Assembly: GCA_036172245.1 (NCBI GenBank)
Contig: JAYWIR010000030.1
Span: forward strand, 1,736,001-1,800,000
From: Raillietiella orientalis
Lineage: Eukaryota
DNA length: 64,000 nt
Reading direction: 5' to 3'
Shown: positions 13,001 to 25,199 of the stretch, piece after piece
Position numbering within the stretch: position 1 is the first letter of the stretch
How the letters are laid out: each line of letters starts with the position of its first letter
The notes under the pieces: generated by a model
What the model saw: the letters and a program-made list of their open reading frames with translations, nothing else
Database searches by the model: none
Told to the model about the DNA's origin: nothing
Program-made: the position numbers and the translations under genes

Positions 13001-14984
13001 ACATTACCTCGCCTTTCCAAACCGATGGTTCCCTACGACCTGATCCATAAATTATGTTGCCTCTGCAAACATAAGTATATCACAGACTTTTAGTCACCAT
13101 ATTTATAATGAATGAAATGACGACGATGAATGAAAGGTTGGTGCTTAAAAGTGATTGCTTATTGAATTTTTCCCAATTCAACTGTCCCTTTCTGTTAGCA
13201 ATTCAGTTTTCTATTCTTCAACAAGTTGGTTGGATATTATAAGTAATGAAAAGATGAAAACAGATTTAAAAACTAGTAAAATATATCAAAAGTGCAGTAA
13301 TCGTAAGAATGGATTCACCGTTATTCTTAAGAAAAATATATTGAAAACAGAATGACATAAAGAAATAACCCAATTGTACAATGTTTTAGCATCCCATGTT
13401 TTCGACTATGGCACATTTCCTGAAATGAAATTATTTCCTGAACGAAGGAAGGAACCATTTCCTGAAATGGTTTCTTCCTTGTTATTCGATGAACCCTGAA
13501 GATATCCTTCAAGTATGCAAATACAACAGTAGAATGCAATACAACACCATAAAAACGCAACCGCAGAATGTACAGCACTTGCGAATTATTGTTTTCAAAT
13601 CAGTTTTCAATAATAAGCTTTCAAAAGTGTTCAAAGTACGAGAGCTTCAATTGTTTTTGAGCATTTTATGGAATGGCTCGAAGCAGAAGATTGGTCATCC
13701 AAATTTGATTGCATCACCCATGTCACTAAATAAAATTTAATGAAAAATGCAAAATGTGTTCGCTTATCTGAGCAACAAACTTAACATATAGTGAATAATG
13801 AAAGAGTATTCGTCTCCTTAGTCTCTTTTTTTTTTACTGCATCTAAATGGTGAAATGGTGGGAATTCTTGGGAAGCATTGATGCCGTATTCTCTCTACGT
13901 TGCCTTGTTCGTCTCTTTTCCGATTATAAAATTACTTGTATCCTAAACTCGTGTGGAACATTTCGCTAAAAATTTTTTAAACATTCTTCTAAATTCGTAT
14001 TTTCCTTATGTGTTGTCGTAATTTAACATACTAAAGCTCTCCTATTCCAGTCTTCAATAATTGCTGTGGATTTTGAAATCTACAAAATTCTAAAATTAAC
14101 GCTTGTAAGTGCCTTCCAACTATTTACCTGATGGTATATTAAATGCAAAAATATCAAGAAATCGGAAAATTTAAAGGGGAGGGGGGAGGAACAAATGGAC
14201 CCTTGCAATTCTATTCAGATTGCCTTATGCCGGATAGATAGGGAGAGCACGTTTTAATAGGGGATGGTTTTACATAAAATTGCCTGAATCTTGATAACGG
14301 TGAATTAAACACGATAATACGTAAAGTGGCAAAAGTTTAGACAATAGCTCGTGAGATCAATCACGTGAAATCAACTGGTTCACCAGAAACAAAACAGTTC
14401 ACTGAACAATTCACTAAATACTTTATTCTGACCTGTCCTTTTGTCTTTTAAGGCAAAGAATATAGAACGCTTATGTTGGCATTTGAGGAATTCCTTGAGA
14501 AGACATAGAATGAAAAATCCTCATGACAACTAAAATGAACTTTTTCCTTAGTTTTTGATCATCTTTTTCTAAATGTTCCTAAAGACTTTTGTGTTTATTT
14601 TGCATAAAACTTAAGACACAAAACCCAGCGTGCTCAAAATGATAATTTGTTTCAGTAATAATTTGCTGGTGATTAACTCTCAAATGTGATGAAGTGAGTT
14701 TTTCTACAAAAGTTTCATCTTGCTGCAAAAGGGTGTCTCCCGAAGCGCTACATCGAATGCATCAATAGTCAATTTCATGAAGTCTTTTCCGAGTTAAAAA
14801 GCTCTTAAGTCTACATGAAAAAAATTCACAGTGAGCTACTGGCCACATCAAAAACAAATTAGTAGCAGGAGAGGGTTAAAAGAAAATTTGTAAATGTCGA
14901 TAACAAGCGCCTAAATTCTGCATCTCTTCATTACTGAAGTGTTGATTATTGATCGACAAAAGGCTTATCACATGTATATATGCA

Positions 14985-15006
14985 TGTGTGTGTGTGTGTG
15001 TGTGTG
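14985..15006. repeat. (TG)11 microsatellite
   Basis: Read directly from the sequence. Confidence 0.95.
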
Positions 15007-15535
15007 TTTTTAATGAATACAACGACAGTTAATGTAGTGTTTTTCGAATACGTGTAAGTGTTGATTTGCTTTAAAGAACTAAAGCAAACGAGCAAAAGAA
15101 TAATGGCGTTATGTGGGGAGTCTGATGAAATCTTAAGTGGGAGCTTGCAAGTTTATCTCCATTCCAGGAGATGAATGAGCAATCATGACCTTGTAGTACT
15201 TGTAATGATTGCAAATATGGAAGAAGGAATTAGGAAAAGCAGTTTTCTTATCTTTTTAGCCTGTACGAGGTGTTTTCAGATGTCTGTGAAAGCAAGATGA
15301 AAGCAAAGAGAGAAGCATTCATTATTCCTTCATAAGAATAATGCATGCATCTGGTCGAAGCTTCAGATGGAAACTGAACAATTCACATGTCTCCATCTGC
15401 TATGATATTTACATGTTTTGTTGGCCTGCAACATTTGTCATTACTTTAGAAGTCATGCATTTTTTTCCCCCCAGTATATACACACACAAACATTCTGCAG
15501 CTCACATAGCACGGGCATCTCAAACAAACACTTAC

Positions 15536-15641
15536 CAGTTTTAATGCAAGCAAAGTCTTGTCCCCATGGGGAAGGTGTTCTTCAAGAGCCAAAACGATGC
15601 AGTTTGCAATGATAGTCATAAGGACGGCATATTCAAAGGGA
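15536..15641 (-). CDS. cac: Cav2 exon, repeat I S1
   Basis: Reads (P)[35 protein letters not shown]. Non-canonical AC acceptor at 15643-15642, GTAAGT donor. Not in the ORF track. Confidence 0.97.
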
Positions 15642-18217
15642 GTAAAGCAAATTAAGGATAGACATTTTGTCCAATCACATACAAATTAAGAATTCATGTA
15701 CACAGAGTTCTCTGAGCAGGGAAATCAGCCGATATTAAAAGCGTACACAATACATCAGCTGATTAAATTGTCAGCTTAAAATTCCTATTCTGCAATTCAG
15801 TGCTTCTCTTCCGTACTAATTGTTTTTTTGGCAGAAAAGAGGTTGAAAAAAAGGAAAAAAAAAAATGTGACAGCTGGTTGTTGCATCAGTTGCATGACCT
15901 GAAAATTCAGGGATTCGTTTGTTGCAGCAACAAAATAAATGAAGAGAAGCACGTTGTTTTGATGTACCAAAAGTGTATGTCAGAAATTTTTCATAATGAA
16001 GCGATCTTTCGATTTGTTTAAAAATCACCCAGAGAGAAAACGGCGTGATTCAAATCACAAAAAACCGAATGCAGGATGGTTCTGCGAATAATCAAAGTGG
16101 CCACTTTCAACGAAGCGTCTGCTAACAAATGAAGCTCCTCCGGTTCTCCTCAAAACCACGTCTACACGATGTGAGAAGATGAACTCAACCACGGAAAGTG
16201 TGAAAGAGGTTCACCGAAAGACAAACATGAATGAACTTTGCTGAGCGCCAAAAGTGAAGATGGTGACTGATGAGGATCGTCTGAGTTAAATGGATGATTA
16301 CGCTCGAGTAAGTGAATTCAGGTGACACTTGAGTGAAAAATCTCATTTCTGTAAACAGTTGCCTGACACTGATTAATGGATTGTTCAAAAAATTCCGGAG
16401 CCAATAGACTCGAGATGGCAATTTAATTAGTTGATGCCCTAGCTGAATGGGAAGCGCCCACAGAAGTACGGAAATCAAAACTAATTGACCGCTTTTATTG
16501 CAAGTATGATGTAGCCATCCATCTAATTAAAATTTCAAGAACTGCCAAGAAATGGTTAAACGAACCAGATCTGGAAAGATATTAAACTTTAAAGAGCAGC
16601 ATCGAATCCGGAGTATTGATTTGAAAGTGCACCTTGGAAACTAATCTTATCTGTTGCCAATCTTTAATATTAGAAATTGGGAGATGTAAGAGGACATTCA
16701 GGGATCAAAAGGTCACTCTTCTGAAAACCAACAAGCTAAACTAAACTCTTGAATGAAGCGCCTAAAGATACAGAATGTAAGCCATATTGTGTGTATTGAA
16801 AAAACAGCTGGAATGGTGATCCCACTGGCAATAAACGAGGCCTTCTTGAATGTTGACAATTTCACGAGGCAATTACCGCCTGAATAAAAGCTGTTAACTT
16901 TCCACCAGTGCGAATCAGTGTTTGATCATGAAAGATGAAACTTTCCATACTGGAAATTAAAATGCCGACTACTTAAGCACTTGCATTATGCTACAAGCAG
17001 AGGGCTGATGCAACCGGAGACAGAAGCATAAACAGAAGGATTACACAGCCGTGGAGGAGACCTCCAGCCCTAAACTGATGCCTAGTTTTCACGAATTTAA
17101 CGCACCGAATTGCAGCAGAGCTTGCGACGTGCATGCACGAGTCAGCAATGCGTCAAGCTCTCAGATGGACCACCCCGTGTACACCGATTCGGGTTGGTCG
17201 AATTTTTATTTATTTATTTATGGAAGTATCTCTATTTTTTATTTTTTTATAAAAGCGCTATTGGTGTGGAACTGGACGGAACGGAACAGCAAGACGGGAG
17301 AGAGCGATTGCTATGCACTTTGAAAGAAAATGAAAGAATGGATGCAGGTTGTGGAAGACCAGTAGGGGTCCGCGTTAATCATGATGCCTCAATCACTGTG
17401 CAGATTCACACCGAATGCTGCAATTTCTGAAGACGCTCAGTCGCACCGAAGGACAGCGCTACAAACGAATGGAAACTGCAAGTTGGCGAGGGCAATCGAG
17501 TCAGCAACTTTTACATGCTTTGGCATCCAGAGACGTGCACGTAAGAAACATGCATGTTTCTTATTTGGACACTGTTGCACACTACGATCAAGTGAGAACA
17601 CAGAAAGGAACCCCCTCCCTCCCTCCCCAAGGAAAAAAAAAAAAAAATCGGAAGCATACTTTTGAAGGCCTGCACAGAAAATGCGTTACGAACTTTGGGT
17701 AGAGGGAACGAATTTCCGGTAATCATGCACATGATGGAACAACGAGGAGTGGTCCACACAACGCCCAGTGAGTCAAAAATCGCCTCTGGAATCGGATCTT
17801 TCCTCCAAAGCGTGCTTCCCTTTTCTCGGAAATGGGGAGCACGAAAACACAGTTTTGAATAAATTTTCTTCCAGAATGAAAAAAAGGAGGGGGGAGGGGG
17901 AAGAAAAAAGGCAGGAAAACTTTGCTACGCTTCGACGTCTCTTGATTGGCTTCACGGTACGAATGCCAAGGAAACCGTACACAGGGACACAGGAGAAGGC
18001 TGGTGTCGGCGGTGCTCGAGCGTACAAGTGACATTTCGGTGGCATCGTAGCGTCAACTTGGATTTCGCGATCGCATTTGCTCTCCAGCTGAGACAGACAC
18101 GCGAACAACAGCATGCACGAATCAATTCAAGCACAAACCGATCTTCGGTTTCATTTTCAAGACATCAGAGAATTGCAGCAATTTCGCAATGAAACAGTCC
18201 CACGAAAAAAAGGATAT
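15642..18217 (-). other. U12-type (minor spliceosome) AT-AC intron
   Basis: 5' end ATATCCTTT at 18217, branch site TCCTTAAT at 15658-15651, 3' end TTTAC. Removing it restores the conserved IIEWPPFEY. Confidence 0.96.
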
Positions 18218-18430
18218 GGCCATTCGATGATGAATCGCGTGTACTTTCGGATGCGATTGCTGTCGCTGAAGATGAACAAGGAACTCGGCATCTTTTCGTT
18301 CTGGGATTCTGTTCTCCGTACACCGAAACCTCCCGTTGTCCTTTGCCGTTGACTTAAATTGCTCAGTCCGAACAGCCCTCCATCCTGAGCGGCTTTCTGG
18401 GCCTCTACTTCGGCCGTGATTGCCGTCAAC
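18218..18430 (-). CDS. cac: Cav2 exon, cytoplasmic N-terminus
   Basis: Reads LTAITAEVEAQKAAQDGG...MPSSLFIFSDSNRIRKYTRFIIEW(P); the SLFI...N.IRKYTRFIIEWP part is cac-like. Acceptor TCTGTCAG at 18432-18431 (phase 2). The 5' boundary is less certain than the 3' boundary. Confidence 0.9.
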
Positions 18431-18572
18431 CTGACAGATATTTGCTTTTAACTTGCGTGCATTGCAACAACGTGAGTGTGCAAATATTACAACATGGGAA
18501 CAATTGTCACGACAACGCCAGAGGGGGATCGCCACAGAACGTAGCTACAACAATCGGGGTCCATGAATTCAC

Positions 18573-18646
18573 TTTTGGGCGACTTTGCGCATGTGTCTTC
18601 GGATATCGACTCCGCAGGCACTGCATGTGTGCGCCCCACAACCCAT
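18573..18646 (-). CDS. cac: Candidate proximal first coding exon of Cav2 (MGCGAHTCSACGVDIRRHMRKVAQ-K)
   Basis: First ATG after an upstream in-frame TAA; 24 codons plus AA, then donor GTGAAT. A 142-nt intron joins it in frame to the phase-2 acceptor at 18431. Confidence 0.6.
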
Positions 18647-21399
18647 GCGCGGATGCTGAGTATCGACTATTATGGGAACAACAGATTTTTTTCCTCCTGC
18701 GGACCCCTTGAATAATTAATAGTATGATGAAACGTCTGAAGGATGAGTTGGGGATAACTGTGTTTATCACAATGTGATGGAAGAGTTCAGAGCAGGACAT
18801 CCAGCTCGGCTATGATTGCAGACGCATGGGATTCACTGAGGAAGAAGAAGACAAGGGCTGCACTGATGCGTGCGTTCGATCGTTACGCTGATGGCGGACG
18901 GCCGTTTGAATTATCCGCTTGCTGTTCTCGAACTGCTCTTCGTGTGCATCCTATCAAGATTTCAGCAACGGCGGCGACGCTATCAGCGACAGCTGCAAAG
19001 CGAAAAGAACATCAAGTTCCCACTCATCACGGTCGTATTTCATGTCACTTAGTTCGAGACAAGCCCGGAAGCTGAGGAAGCAAGAGTTCGGCTGCGGATG
19101 GAAGCGGAAACCACTGGAGTATTTGACGCTGCTAACGTGAACCGTAGAAGCAGCGTCGAATACTTCCAACAGGAGTCACTCTCGACCGCTTCGGGGCGAG
19201 CACAAGCACTTCGAAGGTGCGCGTCTGCTCGCTGACCACCTCACATCTCTCCTGCAATCCATTGCTCTCCCGTCCTTTCCTCCATTTCCTCCCTCAAGTG
19301 CTGGGGACGAAGTGCTCGTGACGCCCCGAAAAACTGCTGCTGCTGCACCCCGGAGAAGACGGAAACCCGGAGGAGGAGGAAGAGGAAGGGAGTCTTACTA
19401 CGGGAGAGGACAGCCAATTGACAGGAGCGCGGAATGCAAGGAACAGCGCCGGAAGAAAAAAAAAAAAAAGAACAACAGAAGATCTTCTCCAAGATGGACT
19501 CTTTAAAGGGGGAGGACGGGGCAAGGAAGCCGACAGCACCTGCCAAGCTGCAACGGTACCGGCAAAACTTTGCCACGGGAGCGCTCGCACAATAGGGATT
19601 AGAGAGTGTTGGGACAGGATCAGCGTGGAGGCTGCAAAGGTGGCGTTTCATGCGGGCGGGCTGACCTCGAGTAGGGAAAGCCCGAAAGCGATATCGGTGA
19701 GGTACCGCGTGAAGAGTCCACTCTTCACGCACATGGAGCTTTCCATTTCGGACGGTAGATGGCACGTCCATGAGCAACGGCGCCCCAGGTCGAATTCTGC
19801 GGAGCATAGAGGAGCGGGACGAAAGAAGAGGGAAGTGTCCAAGGACACCGCCCACAGGGAGGGACACCCCTCAATGAGAAGGCACATTGAGTAGAGCAGA
19901 TGAACACGCAGGAAGTCAGGTGTTTCGTTCGTGTCAAGGTCTCTTGCGTCCGTTTCGGATCTCTCGAGCGTACTCAGCCTCTGACCCGCCAAGAAGCTTC
20001 GCATCACCTGAATCATAGCAATGCCTTCCCGTTAGGAAAGCGGGAGTGAGATGACACTGCCGCTGCAGCGTCAGTGTCAGTCCTTTGATCCCTCCAAAAG
20101 CCTCTCGAGGCGAAGTGCGGCTTCAAGGGCATCCAGGAAAGACGACCGTGAAGTGTGATAGGATGGGAGACGCGAGGACGAGGAGAGCTCCAGAGAGCCA
20201 TAAGGACAGTCGCGGACGGCTCATGAGACTACGTGGCGCCGGTGCGCCGAATCCTCTGTCGGATTTCGGAGCATTCCTTCGCATGGCTATGTACAGGAAT
20301 GTTCTCCCCCCCCTGTTTCTCCCCAGGGGCCGCATTTTGAGGGGGAATGGAGAAAAGAAGAAGAAGAAAACGGAATGCACGTGGGTCGCGAGCACGTGAA
20401 TCCCGGAGTTTCCCGTTCGGGAAGCAACCTGAGGAAACTTCGTGCCGAGAAGTGTGCGCGCACGCTTCTAAGGATGCACATCGTGGAACGGAGATCCTGG
20501 ACTCGGGAACGCGGATCTCTAAGCTCATTCTTTGCAACCCGAATGCAGGGAAAGCTCCAAGGGGACAGAGTGCCTGCAGTTCAGAAGGGGAAGGAATCTC
20601 CCAAGAGAAGACGTTTCTGCTGCTTTCGTGCTCTGCGCAGGCGTTCCGGTGGAGGCCGCCGAATCCCAAACAGAACCATCAACACGCACTCGGTTGCTTC
20701 TAGTGGATTGGTTGATGAACAGTGGCTGCAGTGCGTCTACTGCGACACTGCCTTGTTTTGTGATTCCTTCTCCTCCTCCTCTTGCGTTCGGTTTTTGGTC
20801 AGCATTCCATTCAGGTTGTCCTCACTAACGGAGACCTATCTGGATGACTCAATTCAGGGAATCATTAGCATCGGTCGTGAAGAAGATAGTGTGTAGCAAA
20901 AGTATGCCAGAGTGAGGAGCGTGTTTCTTTAGGGATCCGCAAACTACTCTCTCGACTCGCCCTGTAGTCTCGATACTTGGGCCTCGTTCTTCGGCAGGAG
21001 CCTTGCGCAGCTGTTCCACTCACGAGAACATCCTCTTCAAAGAGAACGCTTAGCTCGAAGCCGCATCGAGGTCTTCTTTGACGCCAACTTCTTTTCCTTT
21101 CCCCCTTTCTTCCCGGAGAGAACTCTGCTCCCGTCTGAAGTTGCGGCCTCTTACTGACTCGATCGAAGGATCCTGGCTGCAGCTTCTGGGCAGGGAGCGA
21201 AATCGTGTGCTTCCTCCCTGTCGGTCCCAGGTGGCAGCTCCGTCCAGACCCTTCCCATTGCTCTCTGGGACGCAAGGAAGTTCTTCCTGGGATGCAAGAG
21301 GAAGGTGTTTCGATGCTTTGACGAATCGTCGGTGCTTCAGATGATCCTTCACGTCTGCTTCCTTACGGAGGATGTCCATTCCCCTTCGCAGGGACCGGG

Positions 21400-22100
21400 A
21401 GCAGCAGCAACCATCTGCTCAAACGACGGATGCTGCTCATCTTCCTTTTTGATCCCTTCGTTTTTGTTCTTTCGAACGCCTGAGGGACTGCGACGGAGGG
21501 TTCTCTCCGCGAGATCTGTGAGACGCCTTCGCATCCCAACACGTCCGCAGGCGCAGAGTCTGTAAGGTCGGACCGCGGCAGGTTCAGGGGCGCAGCTTGC
21601 ATGGTGCTCCGTGCGCTCTCCTGCAGCCCAACGCAGACAGGAATAAAGGGAGGAAAGAATTCGCGCGATTGGGATCTCGGGCTTCAAGTTTAGAACAGGA
21701 GTGGGACCGGGAAGCGACCGACACCGCCCGCTGCGCTCACTGGGAGATGCTGCGATGGGGACGAGGTACGGGATGCCCTCCTGCTGAAAGCTGATGGCTA
21801 CCGGAAAGGGAAGGGGCCATGGGAGGCTGTGGATCAGAGCGCAGAAGTCATCAGAGGGTCCTTTCAGCCTGAAGGTCTTTCGCCATCCCGCTGGCGCGCG
21901 GGACCTTGTGGTGCGAAAGAACTGAAGGCAGTCCTCTCTTGCAAAACCATGAGAGCCCGACTGCGCAACGCTTCGGCACCTCCCTAACAGAGAGCGAAGC
22001 GAGCGACCTCCAACACGGAGAAATAGCCCGTCAGCGCTTTCCGACCGGGGATGTGGTGAAGAGGGAACAGGGACGGGATGGTGCCTTTGGAGTCCACGGC
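21400..22100 (-). mobile_element. Decayed non-LTR retrotransposon (I-group-like) RNase H and C-terminus
   Basis: ISFQQEGIPYLVPIAASPSERSGRCRSL resembles I.FQWIPSHV.I.GNE.AD.LA, followed by remnants of the W..PP.H...RL.SGH region. Boundaries approximate. Confidence 0.45.
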
Positions 22101-22399
22101 AACTTCCGGGAGAGGGGGACAAAAAGGCACCCCTCTGCTTCCCCTTTTCCCCTCCCGCGGTTCCCTTCCTACATCTCCCACTTTGCTTTGCTTTTCCCAG
22201 CGTCCTCTCCCTTCCTCCCTAGCCGGGAAAGAGGGGAATGAGAGCCTCGTCCGCCCAAGCGGAAATCGTCACGCCCGAAGCGTTGCCAGGAAGGCCGCCA
22301 GCGAAGCTGAATGCCGCGTCAGGAGGCAACGAGGAAGAAGAGAGGGGGAAGAGAGGACTTCTGCGCGTGCGCGAGGTGTCTGCTGACGTGGCCCTTCTC

Positions 22400-23250
22400 C
22401 CCTCCATCTCCAACGGTTCTCCCAGTCTCGCCCTTGCTTTGGGTTGCAGGGAGACCGCTAGGGAAGGTGGCGACTCCGGAGATGCCGGAGCATCTGCAGC
22501 TCGCGTATCGAGAGACGGATTCTTCACCGTCCGCCCGGCTCTTGGAAAAGCCTCCGCCACAACCAGGAGGAGGTAGTGCCGGCAGAGATGCCTTCAGCAT
22601 CTCTGGAGAGCGTGCTTTCCTCTCGCGCGAAGTGGCTGGGTGAAGCCAGGAGATCCTAGGGCGCATAAGTTCGACGCAAGGGGGTTTCTCTTAGTATCGG
22701 GGACCGCTGCAAGGACCGCTTTGGGGCACCCAAGCTCTCCCTACGTAGCTCGTGCTCCCAGGCGGAGTCCTAGAGGAAGAGATGGAAGCTGGAAAGAAGG
22801 GATGCTCGTTGCTTTCTCATGGGAGCTGGCGAAGGGAAGCATGGGAGCAAAAACTGCGCTCGCCTTCTGCCGGGACAGACCAATGGGATCCTCGAGGAAC
22901 GCACGATTCGCGCTGGAAGTAAGGCGAGCCTGGGAGAGAACGAGGCGGAGGGATATTCGCAGCCTCTCCCCTGCCTCCAATGTTCCTCCTCCTATGGGCC
23001 GCTACCCCAGCCAGTGCGGGCACCAGGGGTGTGGCTGCAATGGTTCTCCTCCCTGCCATCTCCTTTCCATTGGAGAAAAGGAGAGAGGGAGAGCAGTTCC
23101 GGGGGTGTCCGATTACCAGAACGCTCTATTCTATCGGCTGCTAGGCGCGGCGGGGAGACGGCTGCCAGGGGAACGCAGTCGCTGCGCGTCTTCGGGCGGA
23201 GAGATGTCGACACACTCTTCCCGTCTGCGGACGGGTGGAAGTCGATGTAA
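22400..23250 (+). mobile_element. Decayed non-LTR retrotransposon (R1/LOA-like) RNase H end and CCHC knuckle
   Basis: GVKPGDPRAHKFDARG resembles WVKAH.G..GNE.AD; GHQG...PPCHLLSIG resembles TGHG.F..YL..IG. Boundaries approximate. Confidence 0.35.
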
Positions 23251-25199
23251 GAGACCGTCTCCGCGATCTGAGGTACCCTTGGAGACACAGCTATTTCCCT
23301 ATTCCCAGCATCCTCCGACTTGAAGCTCGCCGCTAGGCAGTGCCATGGTCCTATTTCTGCCAGGCGTCTCCGTTGAATCTGCGGGTCGTCAGGATGGGCG
23401 CAAGAGGCAGGGAAGGAATGAAAGGTGAGGGAAGGACGGAGATCTGTGGCCAGGAGGGAAGAGGAGATGATCGAGAGCTCAGCCAGCAGGTGACGAGACG
23501 CTCCCGGAAGTTCTCCTGAGAAGGGCGCTTCCAGACGCCAAGGTGCCGTCGAGGCGCGCGTGAACTCGTCTCCCGAGCTCTTCTCTCCTTCCTCCTCCGC
23601 GGGACCAAGGAAGAAGCCCGCCTGGCGGCGGAGAGCTCCATCGTCGGTTCTATCCCGGTGAAGGAGAAGGAGGAAAGGGGAGAGGGGAACTCTTCCCGGA
23701 AGGCTCTCCCGGAGGATCGCGTTGCTGCCTCGAGAGGGCCGAGAGACGTGGCCACTACACGGGAAGCCCCCCAGGACTCCTAGCAGAACTGACGATACGA
23801 TATGTTTCCTCTTCCGGGAGCCGCTCCACTTGCCAGGAGGCGGGGGAGTGGGCGTGGAGATACCTCGATTTTTCGGAGGGACCGGGAAGTGGATGGGCTG
23901 ATGCAATGAAGATCGAACGCGTACTCCCTCCGGACCCGCATCAGGGTGCCTTCATTTCAGGGCAGGGTGGTATCCGTGCACGCAGCTCCTCCCTTTGCTA
24001 CCCCCTGAGAGTATTCCGCCGAGAAGACCGTTGAGTTTGGCTGGGGTTGACCCAGCACCTTCAGCCACACACTACTTTCTCCAGATGGCGAGTCGCCCCC
24101 TCGACAGACGGAAGCTCTCGAGGAGCCGGTTGGGAACGCAGGATCGAAAGGAGGGGGGGATTCGCTCCCATTCCCTACCCTGCGAGGCTTTCAGAGGAGC
24201 AGGCGTCGAGGGCAGGCAAGGTGGTTGCCGCTCCTCCAGGAAGAGTCTCTGAGACCGTCGCGCGCTCCAGGAATAAGCGAGAAGAGGACAAGATGGGGAG
24301 AGGGAGGCAAGAGAGCTCTCTGTACCCGAGGTGCCCCCTAGCCTTGGCGCCACCGATGCGTGGAGGCGGCGTAGAGACTTCCTTGCCCCCCTTTCCCCAG
24401 GAAAGTTCGGCGCCCCTGCGCGTGTGCGCGGCTGCAGGAGGAATTTCATTTTTTCGCCCGGGCATCAGGGCAAAAACCTCTGAGGTGGGAAGGCCGCCCA
24501 AGTTTTCGTCCCCTCAGAAGGGACCCAGAGCACGCAGGAAGGGTGGCGGCGGCGGCTTTCTGGGAAGGGTGGGAGGTGTTCCCCTTCTTCTTCTGTCTTC
24601 CCCGACATTCCTGTGCTCTCATCCTCACTTCCTCTCTCGGAAGAGGTGGAGGAGGTGCGAAAACGCGAAGAGGGCGACTGGTTTTCGGTACGAGCGCGAG
24701 GAGGAGGAGGGGGAAGAGAAAGGGCGGACCCCGTGATGACTCTCCCCTCTGCCTGAGGAAGGCCGATGGAGGCTTCCAGGGAAGGGAAGCGGGATGTCAA
24801 ATGTGGTAGGTCAAAGGCAAGCCTTAGGCATCTCTGCGGGGTGGAAAGGGCGCGAGAGGCGGGGCGGGTAGGGAGGGTGAAGTACAGACGCAGTGCCCCT
24901 CGCCGCCCCGCACCTTTCCGAAAAGGGGCATCGGGAGGGCTGGTGGCATCCCTTCGCTCTTTCTCCGCCGAGGACGAGTGGGGGTGAAGGTGGGGAAAAA
25001 AGGAAGGTACCGGAGTCGTTTCGCATTTCTCTGTCTTCTCCCTCGTGGGGCCATCCTGTACCCCACTGGTCCGAGGGCACCCTCAGAGAGTTCGGAGCAA
25101 AGGTCTCTGCCCTCCACCCCCAAGGGCGGGAGATCCGTCCCTCATTACCGCTGTTCATAGTGTCTCCAGAGCGAAGAAAGGGAAGGGGCCGAAGGTCTT

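Noticed and set aside
10680..13100. Faint transposase-like words (mariner-like near 10.7-11.0 kb; Sola-like MAQNNRN and DRYILCF near 12.2-13.0 kb)
   Set aside because: Too degenerate to call without a profile search, and no terminal repeats were identified.
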